Assembly (NCBI GenBank): GCA_040767805.1
Contig: JAXGNU010000001.1
Span: 128,001-192,000 of the forward strand
DNA: 64,000 nt
Source: Thermovirgaceae bacterium
GTDB taxonomy: Bacteria > Synergistota > Synergistia > Synergistales > Thermovirgaceae
Reading direction: 5' to 3'
A program made the position numbers and the translations under genes. Of the stretch, positions 1 through 10,806 are shown one piece after another (the stretch's first letter is position 1; every line of letters starts with the position of its first letter). The notes under the pieces were generated by a model that was not told the origin of the DNA, made no database searches, and saw only the letters and a program-made list of their open reading frames with translations.

Positions 1-370
1 GGCCGGCATCCTCCCCGTCTTCCCCGCACCCGCGGAGACCCAGGCTGTCGAGTATGTTCTCTATGGCCTGCGCTCGGTCCTCGGTGGTGTCGTAAACAAA
101 GTGAAGTTCGGGCACCTGCCTCAGGCGCATGCCCTTTCCAAGCAGCGACCTCAACACCCCTGCCGTCCTGTTAAGGGAAACCTCCACTGTTTCCCGGCTG
201 CCCGGGGTAAGGGTCCTGAAGAAAACCTTGGCGTGGGAGAGGTCCTTGCTGCAGACGACCTCCGACAATACGGCGTCCCTCAGGGAATCATCCTTGATCC
301 TAGTCCTTATCAGGTCTGAGATCCGTCGGAGCAGCTCCCTGTTTATCCTTTCAATCCTGAAAGACGGCAT
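1..370 (-). CDS. rbfA: Ribosome-binding factor A (3' end runs off the window)
   Basis: Translated by hand from ATG at 370: MPSFRIERINRELLRRISDLI...SKDLSHAKVF...MRLRQVPELHFVYD. No stop before the edge; follows infB-DUF503. Confidence 0.93.
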   Translation of the reverse strand, partial: MPSFRIERINRELLRRISDLIRTRIKDDSLRDAVLSEVVCSKDLSHAKVFFRTLTPGSRETVEVSLNRTAGVLRSLLGKGMRLRQVPELHFVYDTTEDRAQAIENILDSLGLRGCGEDGEDAG

Positions 371-677
371 GTCCTTCTACCTCTTTCTTCTCGCGGACAA
401 GAAAGAAGTCTCCCTTTTCTTCCATCGAACGGACCAGCCGTATTATCGAATCGAGCCTTTCTTCCGCTTCGTGATGGGAGGACGAGAGGGCGGAAAAAGC
501 AAGGAGGCCGTCCTGGCATGAACCATCAGGACCGAGGTCGGCCGCGGAGACGTTGAACCGGTTCCGCGCCCTCTCAAGGATGGACCTTGTCACCTGTCTC
601 CTGTCCTTCAGGCTCGCGGCTTCGGGTATCTTCAGGTGAACGAACAGCATGCCGCAGAAGGCGGCCCGTTCCCTCAT
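351..677 (-). CDS. ylxP: DUF503 (YlxP-like) protein
   Basis: SLKDRRQV..SIL.RARNRFNVSAA motif; canonical position between infB and rbfA. Confidence 0.85.
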   Translation of the reverse strand: MRERAAFCGMLFVHLKIPEAASLKDRRQVTRSILERARNRFNVSAADLGPDGSCQDGLLAFSALSSSHHEAEERLDSIIRLVRSMEEKGDFFLVREKKEVEGHAVFQD

Positions 678-2629
678 CTTTCCAGGGTTCTCCTTTCCTC
701 GACGAGTTCAAAGGCTTCTACGATGTCGCCCTCCTGGAAATCCTGCTGGTTCGAGAAGCTCATGCCGCATTCGTATCCCGCCGATACTTCCCTGGCATCA
801 TCCTTGAATCTCCTGAGAGCTGAGAGGCTCCCTTCCCAAAAAACGACGCCTTCCCTTATGAGCCTCACCTTCGCCCCCCGCTTGATCACGCCTTCGGTCA
901 CGTAGCAGCCGGCGACCTTCCCCGCCCTCGGCACCCTGAAGAGCGCGCGGATTTCGGCCTGCCCCAGGACGTGCTCTCTAAGGGTCGGCGCCAGCATGCC
1001 TTCAAGAGCGGCATGGACATCCTCTATGACGTCGTAGATGATACTGTAAAGCCTGATCTGGACCCCTTCATCCTCGGCGATCCTCCTGGCATTGGGGGCG
1101 GGCCTTACATTGAATCCTATGATTATGGCGTTCGAGGCGGAAGCCAGCGTCACGTCCGACTCCGATATCCTCCCTACGCCCCCATGGACGAACTGGATAC
1201 CCACCTCGTCGGTCTCGATCTTTTTAAGGGAGGCCTTCAGGGCTTCGAGGGAACCCTGGACATCGCATTTGAGGACAATTGGAAGAACCGGTGTCTCCCC
1301 CATCTGCATCCGGTCGTACATCTCCTCGAGAGTTATCTTCCTCGACGGGGTGGTACCCGACTCTTTTCTCGCGGCCTCCCTGTCGCTGATCGCTTGGCGG
1401 GCTTCCTTTTCACTGGGAGCGACGGAGAACAGCTCACCCGGTTGCGGCACCGCCGAAAAACCCAGCACCTCGACGGCCGTACTGGGGCCGGCCTCGTCGG
1501 TCTGGTTCCCGGCGTCGTCTATCATGGCCCTGATTCTTCCCCAGGCCGAATCGGTCTGGACGATATCGCCCCTTCTCAAGGTACCCTGTTGAACCAAGAC
1601 GGTTGCAACGGGCCCCTTGCCCTTGTCAAGCCTGGCCTCGATCACGGTCCCTTCGGGCGAGATGGTAGGGTCGGCTTTCAGTTCTAGGAGATCGGCCACG
1701 ATCAGGACCATTTCCAACAGTTGATCTATCCCCTGGCCGGTAACGGCCGAAATATCGACGGCGATCGTGTCCCCGCCCCACTCCTCGGGGACGAGACCGT
1801 GGTCCGACAGTTGCTGTCGGACCCGGTCGGGCCTGGCCTCGGGTTTGTCGATCTTGTTGACGGCCACCACGATCGGGACACCCGAAGCCTTGGCGTGATT
1901 CAGGGCTTCCAGCGTCTGGGGCTTGACGCCGTCGTCGGCGGCGACCACCAGGATCACGATGTCCGTGGCCTGGGCCCCCCTGGCCCTCATGGCCGTGAAA
2001 GCCTCGTGGCCGGGGGTGTCCAGGAAGACGATCCTTTTCCCCTTATGGACCACCGTGGAAGCGCCGATATGCTGCGTGATTCCTCCCGCCTCGGTCTCGG
2101 TGATCCTTGTTTTCCTGATATGGTCAAGAAGGGTTGTTTTCCCGTGGTCCACGTGGCCCATGACGGTTATTATGGGAGCCCTTTCCTGGAGGTTCTCCCC
2201 CTTGAAAACGGGCTTTTTCCTCACCACCGCGCTCTCGCCCGGGGTCCCTTCGTCGCCAGCCGCGATCTCAAAACCTAGTTCATCGGAGAGGACCTGGAGG
2301 ATCTCATCGGTGACGGGGGAGTTGGCAGGGACCATGTGGCCCGAGGAGACCAGTATCCTGACCAGTTCCCCGGCTTTTTTATCCAGGAGGGTCGCCACAT
2401 CGTTGATCAGGGCTCCCTTGGGGATGACCACCTTTTTAGCCGGTTTTTCCTCCCTGGGGGGCCTTTTGCTCTCCTCGCGGAGGGCATCCTCCACCAGCTG
2501 TGCCGTCTCGGATTCAATGGAGTTCATATGATTGCTGACCTCAATACCGAGGTCTTTCAGCAGGTCCATCATTTCCTTGTTGGATCTTCCCAGCATCTTC
2601 GCCAGTTCATAGACCCTGATCTTGCTCAT
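674..2629 (-). CDS. infB: Translation initiation factor IF-2 (short N-terminus)
   Basis: [10 protein letters not shown]-terminus; G-domain motifs [21 protein letters not shown]. Confidence 0.99.
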   Translation of the reverse strand: MSKIRVYELAKMLGRSNKEMMDLLKDLGIEVSNHMNSIESETAQLVEDALREESKRPPREEKPAKKVVIPKGALINDVATLLDKKAGELVRILVSSGHMVPANSPVTDEILQVLSDELGFEIAAGDEGTPGESAVVRKKPVFKGENLQERAPIITVMGHVDHGKTTLLDHIRKTRITETEAGGITQHIGASTVVHKGKRIVFLDTPGHEAFTAMRARGAQATDIVILVVAADDGVKPQTLEALNHAKASGVPIVVAVNKIDKPEARPDRVRQQLSDHGLVPEEWGGDTIAVDISAVTGQGIDQLLEMVLIVADLLELKADPTISPEGTVIEARLDKGKGPVATVLVQQGTLRRGDIVQTDSAWGRIRAMIDDAGNQTDEAGPSTAVEVLGFSAVPQPGELFSVAPSEKEARQAISDREAARKESGTTPSRKITLEEMYDRMQMGETPVLPIVLKCDVQGSLEALKASLKKIETDEVGIQFVHGGVGRISESDVTLASASNAIIIGFNVRPAPNARRIAEDEGVQIRLYSIIYDVIEDVHAALEGMLAPTLREHVLGQAEIRALFRVPRAGKVAGCYVTEGVIKRGAKVRLIREGVVFWEGSLSALRRFKDDAREVSAGYECGMSFSNQQDFQEGDIVEAFELVEERRTLER

Positions 2630-2951
2630 TACTATCGACCTCCCCGGCCACTAACTTTTCAATCTTACCCGACAACCCGTTACCAAGGGGCAGGCCGACG
2701 ATCTGGGTTTGCCCCGTTGAGAGCAGTCGTCCCAATTCTTCCCTTCCGAGAGACCCGGAGACGATGACACGGCAAGCTCCTCTCCTCCTGTACCCTTCGA
2801 TCATGGATCTAACGTTCGACGAGTGGTCCCGGGTCAGGACCACCATGAGCCTGGTCCCTTTCCTGAGTTCGGCCCTGACGGCGTCCTGCCCCACGCGGAG
2901 CACCCCGGCCTTCCTCGCGATACCGAAAAGGCCGTGCAGTTTTTCATCCAA
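2607..2951 (-). CDS. L7Ae/YlxQ-family RNA-binding protein
   Basis: GLFGIARKAG.L..G motif; position between ylxR and infB. Confidence 0.8.
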   Translation of the reverse strand: MDEKLHGLFGIARKAGVLRVGQDAVRAELRKGTRLMVVLTRDHSSNVRSMIEGYRRRGACRVIVSGSLGREELGRLLSTGQTQIVGLPLGNGLSGKIEKLVAGEVDSNEQDQGL

Positions 2952-3264
2952 GGCCGTCTTCCCCCCCTGGATCGGGGTCGCCCCTTTCCTCGAGCAGGAT
3001 CTTCAGGGAAGAAATGAGCTTTTCCGGCAACGGCGCCCTGAGGGACCGAGCCAGTTGCTTTTTTTTCAAGGCCAGTTCAAGACACGCTAGTTTCCGGCAG
3101 ATATAAGCGCCCCTTCCCGGGGCCCTCCCGGAGGGATCGACGACGACCTCCCCGTCGGGGCGCCGGACGATCCGAAGCAAGTCCCTTTTGGGAAATTCCC
3201 CCCCGCAACCTGTACAGGTCCTGGGCCTTCTCCTTTTTTCGCGGACGGCACCCGTTCCCGTCAC
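2944..3264 (-). CDS. ylxR: YlxR/RnpM (DUF448) RNA-binding protein
   Basis: PRTCTGC...LLRIVR...GRGAYIC motif; follows nusA. Confidence 0.92.
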   Translation of the reverse strand: MTGTGAVREKRRRPRTCTGCGGEFPKRDLLRIVRRPDGEVVVDPSGRAPGRGAYICRKLACLELALKKKQLARSLRAPLPEKLISSLKILLEERGDPDPGGEDGLG

Positions 3265-4370
3265 GATTCAACCTCTTCAGGGTTGATGAGTTCATCGAAC
3301 AGGTCCTGGAGGGTCGGTAATTTTTCGGGTTCAAGGACCTTGATGTCGATCTTCCATTTGGTCAGTCGAGCCGCGAGCCTGACATTCTGACCGGCTTTAC
3401 CTATGGCCAGGGAAAGGTGGTCCGGCCTCACGAAGACCTGGACGGCTCTCTCCTGTTCAAGTACGGGTTCGACTTTCAGGACCCTGGCCGGCGACAGGGC
3501 GTTCCTGATGAAGACCAGGGGATCGCTGCTCCAGACGACCACGTCGATCCTTTCGCCCCCCAGTTCCTTGCTTATGGACTTGATCCTGGCGCCGGCGTTG
3601 CCGATACAGGCTCCAACGGGGTCCACGTTGGGGTCCAGGGTGGATACGGCCACCTTGGCCCTCACCCCTGATTCCCTCACGATCTCCCTGATCTCGATGG
3701 TCCCCTCCCTAACCTCGGGGATCTCCAGTTCCAGGAGTTTCCTGAGCAACCCGGGGTGACTTCGGGAGACGATTATCTTGGGACCCCTGGTGGTCTGCCT
3801 CACTTCTACGAGGTAAAACTTCATCCTGCTCCCAAGGGCGTAGGATTCACCCACTATCCTCTCCTCCCTTGGGAGTATCGCTTCGGTCCTGTCGTTGAGC
3901 CTGACCAGGACCTGGTCGTCCTCTGATTTGAACACCACCCCGTTGATCAGGTCGCCGATCTTGTCGGAGAATTCCTCGTAGATGATCTGCCTCTCGGCAT
4001 CCTTCAGCCTTTGTATGATGACCTGCCGGGCGGTCTGGGCCGCAATGCGCCCGAACTTTTCCGGTTCGACCTCCACCCGGACTATATCCCCAACCTCTAC
4101 ATCGTTGAAGCCAAGGCCTGCAGCGTCTTCCAGGGTCAGTTCCGTGTCGGGGTCGCTGATCTCATCGACGATCTGCCGGACCTCGCAGATGGAGATCTCC
4201 CCACTCTCGAGGGCCACGTAAACCTCGATATTCTGGTTGCCCCCCCTGTACTTTCGGTAGGCCGACACAAGGGCCGCTTCCAGGCCCGAGGATATGACCT
4301 CCAGGGGTAGATTCCTCTCCTGCGTTATCTGCTTCAGGGCTCGAAGGAAATCACGTCCCAGCTGCATCAC
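3261..4370 (-). CDS. nusA: Transcription termination/antitermination factor NusA
   Basis: FGRIAAQTARQVIIQR, S1 and KH domains, SLAIGKAGQNVRLAARLT. Confidence 0.99.
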   Translation of the reverse strand: MMQLGRDFLRALKQITQERNLPLEVISSGLEAALVSAYRKYRGGNQNIEVYVALESGEISICEVRQIVDEISDPDTELTLEDAAGLGFNDVEVGDIVRVEVEPEKFGRIAAQTARQVIIQRLKDAERQIIYEEFSDKIGDLINGVVFKSEDDQVLVRLNDRTEAILPREERIVGESYALGSRMKFYLVEVRQTTRGPKIIVSRSHPGLLRKLLELEIPEVREGTIEIREIVRESGVRAKVAVSTLDPNVDPVGACIGNAGARIKSISKELGGERIDVVVWSSDPLVFIRNALSPARVLKVEPVLEQERAVQVFVRPDHLSLAIGKAGQNVRLAARLTKWKIDIKVLEPEKLPTLQDLFDELINPEEVES

Positions 4371-4894
4371 TGCTGCCCCCTTTTCTTCTTTCCCTTGACT
4401 TCGGGCCCGGACGGGCCAGGCATTTCAAAGAGAAGGTTCGCCCTTGAAATATCGGCGAAGGGAAGGGCGACCTCTCCCAATTCATCCTCATCGAACCGGA
4501 CGACATCCCCCGAGGCGGACAGGATGGTCCCGGTCAGGTTCTTGCGGCCGTCAACGCCCTCCTTGAGCCGGACCTTCGCCCTCTTTCCCGCGAAGCGTCC
4601 ATAGTCGGACAAGGTCATAAGCGGCCGCTCGACCCCCGGGGAACTCACCTGGAGGAAGTATCTATCGGGAAGCCCGGGGTAGAGATCATCCAGCATCCTT
4701 CCCAGTTTCCTCGATACGACCTCGCAATCCTTCACGTTGATGCCCCCCAGGCTGTCCAACAACACCCTGAGCACAGGGCGGCCCTCTTCCATGATCAGTT
4801 CCGACCAGACGTACTCGTAACCCGAGGCCTCCACCAGTTCCCTGATGGAGCCATGCATCCGACGCAGGGCATCCCTTTCGACAGGTCTTGTCAT
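4367..4894 (-). CDS. rimP: Ribosome maturation factor RimP
   Basis: GINVKDCEVVSR, YFLQVSSPGVERPL. Start moved to ATG 4894 because the upstream ORF extension overlaps the promoter and terminator. Confidence 0.95.
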   Translation of the reverse strand: MTRPVERDALRRMHGSIRELVEASGYEYVWSELIMEEGRPVLRVLLDSLGGINVKDCEVVSRKLGRMLDDLYPGLPDRYFLQVSSPGVERPLMTLSDYGRFAGKRAKVRLKEGVDGRKNLTGTILSASGDVVRFDEDELGEVALPFADISRANLLFEMPGPSGPEVKGKKKRGQQ

Positions 4895-4945
4895 CCTCAA
4901 AGCACCACCTGATGCATATCCTTTGTTCATATCATAAAAGTTGAT

Positions 4946-4978
4946 AAAAAACGAAGAGCAGGATCCCCCTGCTCTTCG
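4946..4978 (-). terminator. Intrinsic terminator/attenuator in the rimP-nusA leader
   Basis: Perfect 11-bp stem CGAAGAGCAGG/CCTGCTCTTCG with a 5-nt loop, followed by TTTTTTAT on the minus strand. Confidence 0.85.
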
Positions 4979-5013
4979 CCCAACCGAACCTTTTAGGCGG
5001 TTCATCTGGAATG

Positions 5014-5043
5014 AGTATATCACGCCCTCGGGTACTTTTACAA
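5014..5043 (-). promoter_or_regulatory. Sigma70-type promoter of the rimP-nusA-infB operon
   Basis: TTGTAA-N18-TATACT with an extended -10 (TGa-TATACT). Confidence 0.7.
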
Positions 5044-5106
5044 CTAAAGGTATCCCTTGCCAGGGGTTACGGCCCCATAACGGCAAGTCCTCAAGGACCG
5101 TCGCAG

Positions 5107-6612
<1,506 letters not shown>

Positions 6613-6646
6613 TCACCCTTGGTTTGCTTGGGCTCTGTTGGCAGAG

Positions 6647-6676
6647 AGTCTAAACGAAAGAACCCCTTTTCGGCAA
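6647..6676 (-). promoter_or_regulatory. Putative sigma70 promoter of guaB
   Basis: TTGCCG-N18-TAGACT, about 65 nt upstream of the ATG; AGGAGG RBS. Confidence 0.45.
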
Positions 6677-6691
6677 TAGCCGCACTTCGGC

Positions 6692-7882
6692 CTAAATGCT
6701 ACCCCCGCCGGGGTCATCACCGCCCTCGGTGCCCCTCCCCCGAAGGACGGCAATGGCCCAGCACCTCATAGCCTCGCCCTTCCCCACGTCGCCTGCGCCC
6801 TCGCCCGATTTGAACTTGAGGGAGACCGAACCCTCCCCTCCCCTCAAAAGGACCTTGGAAAGACTGTCCCGGATTGGGCCGTGCATGGACGCAAGCCGCG
6901 GGACCTGGGCGTTGACGACGGCATCCACGGACAAAACCCTGTACCCCCTTCGATGGAGCATGTCTACCGCTTCCTCGAGGAGGTCAAGGCTCCGTACGCC
7001 CTTGAAACGCTCTTGCGACGAGGGGAACAGGGTTCCTATGTCGGGAAGGCCCGCCGCGCCGAGTATCGCGTCGGCCACGGCGTGGCAAAGGAGGTCTCCG
7101 TCGGAGTGCCCCGAAAGGCCCAGGGCGAAGGGTATCCTGATCCCCCCGAGCACCAGCGGGACCCCTGGAACCAGCGGGTGGACATCAAACCCGAGGCCCG
7201 TCCTGACGTCCCCTGTTCCTTTCACCACGCGGCGGGCCATTTCAAGGTCTTCGGGAAAAGTAATCTTGAAGTTCAAGGGGTCGCCCCGGACCCAGCCGGG
7301 TACTCTTCCCGAAGCCAGCCATGCTTCGGCTTCATCGCGGTTCTTGCCAGGGGCCCCTTCCAGCACGTTCTTGATCTCACCCACGGGATAAGCCTGGGGA
7401 GTCTGGGTCGCGAGGAGATCTTCACGGGGCACGCTTGCCGCGATAACACCCTCCCTGGCCGTTTTTAACGCGTCCGTCACCGGCAGCACGGGGATGGCAG
7501 AACCCACCTCCACGGCCTTGCCCATGAGCCGTCGACACAGTTCCGTGGAGACAAAGGGGCGTGCGGCGTCATGGATCATCGCCATTTCCCCTTTTGCCGC
7601 TTTTAGACCGAGCAGGACGGAGTCCCTCCTGCTCTCGCCTCCGGCTACGACCTCGACTTCCATCTCCTTTTGAAGGGTGGAGGCTTCTTTATGGAAAGAG
7701 GACTCCATCCCGGGAGGCGCTACCAGGATCAACCGGTCCACCCCGGCGCTTTTCATTTTCACCGCGGTCCCGGCGGACCAGGCCCAGAGGGGGAGCCCTC
7801 CCAGTTCCTCGAACTGCTTCGGGGGACCCCCGAACCTCTTCCCCCTGCCGGCGGCCACGATCAGGAAGGACCATCCCGTCAC
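6692..7882 (-). CDS. ispDF: Bifunctional IspD/IspF (MEP pathway)
   Basis: IspD motifs AAGRGKRFGG..KQF, HDAARPF, NFKITFPEDL; IspF motifs GFDVH, HSDGDLLCHAVADAILGA. Confidence 0.95.
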   Translation of the reverse strand: MTGWSFLIVAAGRGKRFGGPPKQFEELGGLPLWAWSAGTAVKMKSAGVDRLILVAPPGMESSFHKEASTLQKEMEVEVVAGGESRRDSVLLGLKAAKGEMAMIHDAARPFVSTELCRRLMGKAVEVGSAIPVLPVTDALKTAREGVIAASVPREDLLATQTPQAYPVGEIKNVLEGAPGKNRDEAEAWLASGRVPGWVRGDPLNFKITFPEDLEMARRVVKGTGDVRTGLGFDVHPLVPGVPLVLGGIRIPFALGLSGHSDGDLLCHAVADAILGAAGLPDIGTLFPSSQERFKGVRSLDLLEEAVDMLHRRGYRVLSVDAVVNAQVPRLASMHGPIRDSLSKVLLRGGEGSVSLKFKSGEGAGDVGKGEAMRCWAIAVLRGRGTEGGDDPGGGSI

Positions 7883-9045
7883 GGGCGGACCTCTTTCCTG
7901 ATCCTGCCGAAGACCATCCTCCCCGCCGAAGTCTGGAGCATGGAAGTCACGACCACCTCCACCCTTTTCCCGATGTAGTCCTCACCGCTCTCAACGACTA
8001 TCATGGTCCCGTCGTCGAGATAACCCACGCCCTGCTGGGGTTCCTTGCCTTCGCGCAGGACATCGACCGTGATGGCTTCGCCGGGGAGCAGGCTGGGTTT
8101 CAGCGCGTTGGCCAGTTCGTTGACGTTGAGGACGCTCACACCTTGGATCTGGGCGATCTTGTTCAGATTGTAGTCGGTGGTCATCACCTTGGCGGCCAGC
8201 TCCTTGGCGAGGACCACAAGTCCCTCATCGACGGAATCCACGTCGAAATCCTTCAGGGTCACTTCCAGGATCTGTACGGAGACGTCGGAGAGCTGCCGCA
8301 GTTCGTTGATGATGTCCAGTCCCCTTCTCCCCTTGGTCCTCCTGGTCGGGTCCGAGGAATCCGCTATGGTCTGGAGTTCGTTCAGGATGAACCTGGGCAG
8401 GATGAACGGTCCTTCCAGGAAGCCCGTAGCGGCTATCTCCAGGATCCTGCCGTCGATAATGACGCTCGTGTCGAGGAGCTTCACGGCGGGTCTTTCATTG
8501 CCGGGCTCGATGGCCAGTTCGGCGAGGGCGTTGTCACCGCTCTCCTTCGTCCTCTTGCCCCGGATGCTGAAACGCTGCTTCAGCCCCCCTATGGAACTCC
8601 ACATCCCGTGGATCTCTTCCTTCCTTTTCAGGAAAAGGGTGGCCCCGAGGTAGCCGAGGACGACGTTGAGAAGGACCGCCAGGTAACTCCCCACCACGGG
8701 CAGGTCGGCGAAGGGGAGGGCGGCCAGGTTGGCCACGATAAGGCCCGCGATGAGTCCGGCCAGGGCTACGGAGATGTCGTGCCAACTGAGGGTTTCAAGG
8801 TTCTTTTCAAAGGATAATCCTATAAAGCCGAGTAATCTCACGAAAAATGGGGTTACCAGGTAACCAATCAGGGCAAAAAGGACTACCCCGAAAAAAAAGG
8901 GAATAAAGGAAAAGTGGAAGGTCCCTTTCGGCCACCAGTCCTGCAAAACAGCTATCCTGACCACCTGGTAGCCCGCCACGCCGCCAAGGAAGACGAAAAT
9001 AGCCCTTGCCAGGTAAAGCATCAGTTTGAATATTCCTTCGGCCAT
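7879..9045 (-). CDS. Membrane PIN/TRAM-domain protein (YacL-like)
   Basis: N-terminal TM helices, LLDTSVIIDGRI, TTDYNLNK, QGVGYLDDGTMIVVE, LQTSAGRMVF. Confidence 0.93.
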   Translation of the reverse strand: MAEGIFKLMLYLARAIFVFLGGVAGYQVVRIAVLQDWWPKGTFHFSFIPFFFGVVLFALIGYLVTPFFVRLLGFIGLSFEKNLETLSWHDISVALAGLIAGLIVANLAALPFADLPVVGSYLAVLLNVVLGYLGATLFLKRKEEIHGMWSSIGGLKQRFSIRGKRTKESGDNALAELAIEPGNERPAVKLLDTSVIIDGRILEIAATGFLEGPFILPRFILNELQTIADSSDPTRRTKGRRGLDIINELRQLSDVSVQILEVTLKDFDVDSVDEGLVVLAKELAAKVMTTDYNLNKIAQIQGVSVLNVNELANALKPSLLPGEAITVDVLREGKEPQQGVGYLDDGTMIVVESGEDYIGKRVEVVVTSMLQTSAGRMVFGRIRKEVRP

Positions 9046-9049
9046 GTTC

Positions 9050-9679
9050 TCACTCCTTTCTTTCCAAAGAATTATTGGTGCGACCTACATCAACCCTCGA
9101 CTCTATCGAGGCGTGCAGGGTGACCCTGTCGGCGTAGCCGATGGTCCCCCCGAGGGGCAACCCGAAGGCGAGCCTGGTGATCCTTGGCTCCATTGACTTC
9201 AGCGAGTTAAGGACGGCGTAAAAGGTCAGGTCCCCCTCGACGCTCGGGTTCGTCGCGATGATTACCTCCCTGAAACCTCCTTCCCGTACATATTCTCTCA
9301 ACCTTGCCACCCTCTCCGGCGGAAGGTCCTCCCCATCCATGGGGGAGACCCTGCCCCCGAGGATGAAGTAAAGTCCTGAAAAGACCCCGGCCTGTTCAAG
9401 GGAGAGCATATCCTCGACGTTCTCCAGGACGCACAGGATGCCCCTGTCCCGCAAGGGATCGGAACATACGGGGCAGGGATCCTCGGTGGTCAGGTTGCCG
9501 CAGATAGAGCAGGAAAAGGTGCTCTCCCGCACGAGGGAAATGGTAGAGGCCAGTTCATCGGAGAATTCGCCCGGTTGCTGGAGAAGGAAAAGGGCGAACC
9601 TCCTGGCGGTCTTGTCGCCCACCCCGGGGAAGCGGGAAAAAAGCTTCATCAACCTTTCAACGGGTTCGGAAATGGACAA
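9050..9679 (-). CDS. recR: Recombination mediator RecR
   Basis: FPGVGDKTARR, C4 zinc finger CSICGN..PCPVC, TOPRIM EVIIATNPSVEG. TTG start at 9679 after GGAGG. Confidence 0.95.
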   Translation of the reverse strand: MSISEPVERLMKLFSRFPGVGDKTARRFALFLLQQPGEFSDELASTISLVRESTFSCSICGNLTTEDPCPVCSDPLRDRGILCVLENVEDMLSLEQAGVFSGLYFILGGRVSPMDGEDLPPERVARLREYVREGGFREVIIATNPSVEGDLTFYAVLNSLKSMEPRITRLAFGLPLGGTIGYADRVTLHASIESRVDVGRTNNSLERKE

Positions 9680-9689
9680 GACCGGCCTC

Positions 9690-9998
9690 CTAGCCCAGCC
9701 CGGGTATTCCAAGGCCGGCCCCAAACCTGCCGAGCCTCGACTGGGCCAGTTCCTTGCTTTTCCGGGAAGCGTCGTTGATGGCCGCTACGAGAAGGTCCTC
9801 CAGCATCTCCTTTTCTTCAGGGTCGATTACCTCCCGTTCGATGGAGATGCCGACGATCTCGCCCTGGCCGGTGGCCGCGACCTTGACCATGCCGCCTCCC
9901 GCCACGCCCTCGACCCTTTCCCGGGCCAGCCCCTCCTGGATCTTGCCGATCTCCGCCTGGAGCTTCTGCGCCTGCTTGAGCATCTGTTCCATGTTCAT
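9690..9998 (-). CDS. ybaB: YbaB/EbfC nucleoid-associated protein
   Basis: MLKQAQKLQ, GVAGGGMVKV, EMLEDLLVAAINDA; adjacent to recR. Confidence 0.93.
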   Translation of the reverse strand: MNMEQMLKQAQKLQAEIGKIQEGLARERVEGVAGGGMVKVAATGQGEIVGISIEREVIDPEEKEMLEDLLVAAINDASRKSKELAQSRLGRFGAGLGIPGLG

Positions 9999-10110
9999 CG
10001 TTTTGAAATCATCCTTCCGTCGAAAAAACAATCCGCTATCGTTTGATGTTACTCCTCAACGACGTTTTTACAAAGGACCTTAAGGTTTTTATTCCTGGTT
10101 TGAGGGGGGG

Positions 10111-10806
10111 TCAATCCCGGCCGGGCCTTCCGCGCCGCCCGGCCGAGAGGAAAGCGCCCCGGGGGCTTATCCTTTTCCTGTTCCTGTTCCTGAGCATCCT
10201 CTTGACGGCATGGGCCTCGTCCCTTTCCCTTTCAGCGAGGGCCAGCCTTATCCGCCTTTCCTGTGCTTCCAGCGCGGGGAGCATCTCCTGCTCAAGGTTG
10301 TTCACCTTCCGCCTGGTCTTCTCGAACTCCAGTTCCAGCGCGTCCAGCTTGGACTTGAGGTTGATATAACGCCACAGTAGGGGTTCAATCCTTACGAGGG
10401 TCTCGAGGAGCTCGTCGACGTGCAGGGAGGCCAGGGCGGGGTCCATCAGCAGCCCGCCCAAAAGCCGACCCCTATCCTTGTCCTCGGGATGGAACTGGGA
10501 GTACCTGCACCCCATGAGGGTATGCCTGACGATCCTCACCTTCCTGGGTTCGACACCCCACAAGAGCAAGGTCTTCACCGATTCGCCCTCGAAAAGGCGG
10601 ACCAGTGCGTAGGCGTAGGAAACGAAGGCCAGCATGCCCTCCACTTCCTTCATCAAGGCCCTGAAGGCGGACCGGTCGCCTTCGATCTCCTTGAAGAGGG
10701 CTTCCTTCTTTCTCTCCAGGAGGGAGCAGCCGAAGCGCATATTCCCTATCTGCCTAGATATCTCGATCATCTCGCTCCTGGAGACAGGGGCATCGTTACC
10801 GGTCAA
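10111..10806 (-). CDS. A/V-type ATP synthase subunit D
   Basis: LLERKKEAL and KTRRKVNNLE coiled-coil motifs; last gene after subunit B. Confidence 0.85.
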   Translation of the reverse strand: MTGNDAPVSRSEMIEISRQIGNMRFGCSLLERKKEALFKEIEGDRSAFRALMKEVEGMLAFVSYAYALVRLFEGESVKTLLLWGVEPRKVRIVRHTLMGCRYSQFHPEDKDRGRLLGGLLMDPALASLHVDELLETLVRIEPLLWRYINLKSKLDALELEFEKTRRKVNNLEQEMLPALEAQERRIRLALAERERDEAHAVKRMLRNRNRKRISPRGAFLSAGRRGRPGRD

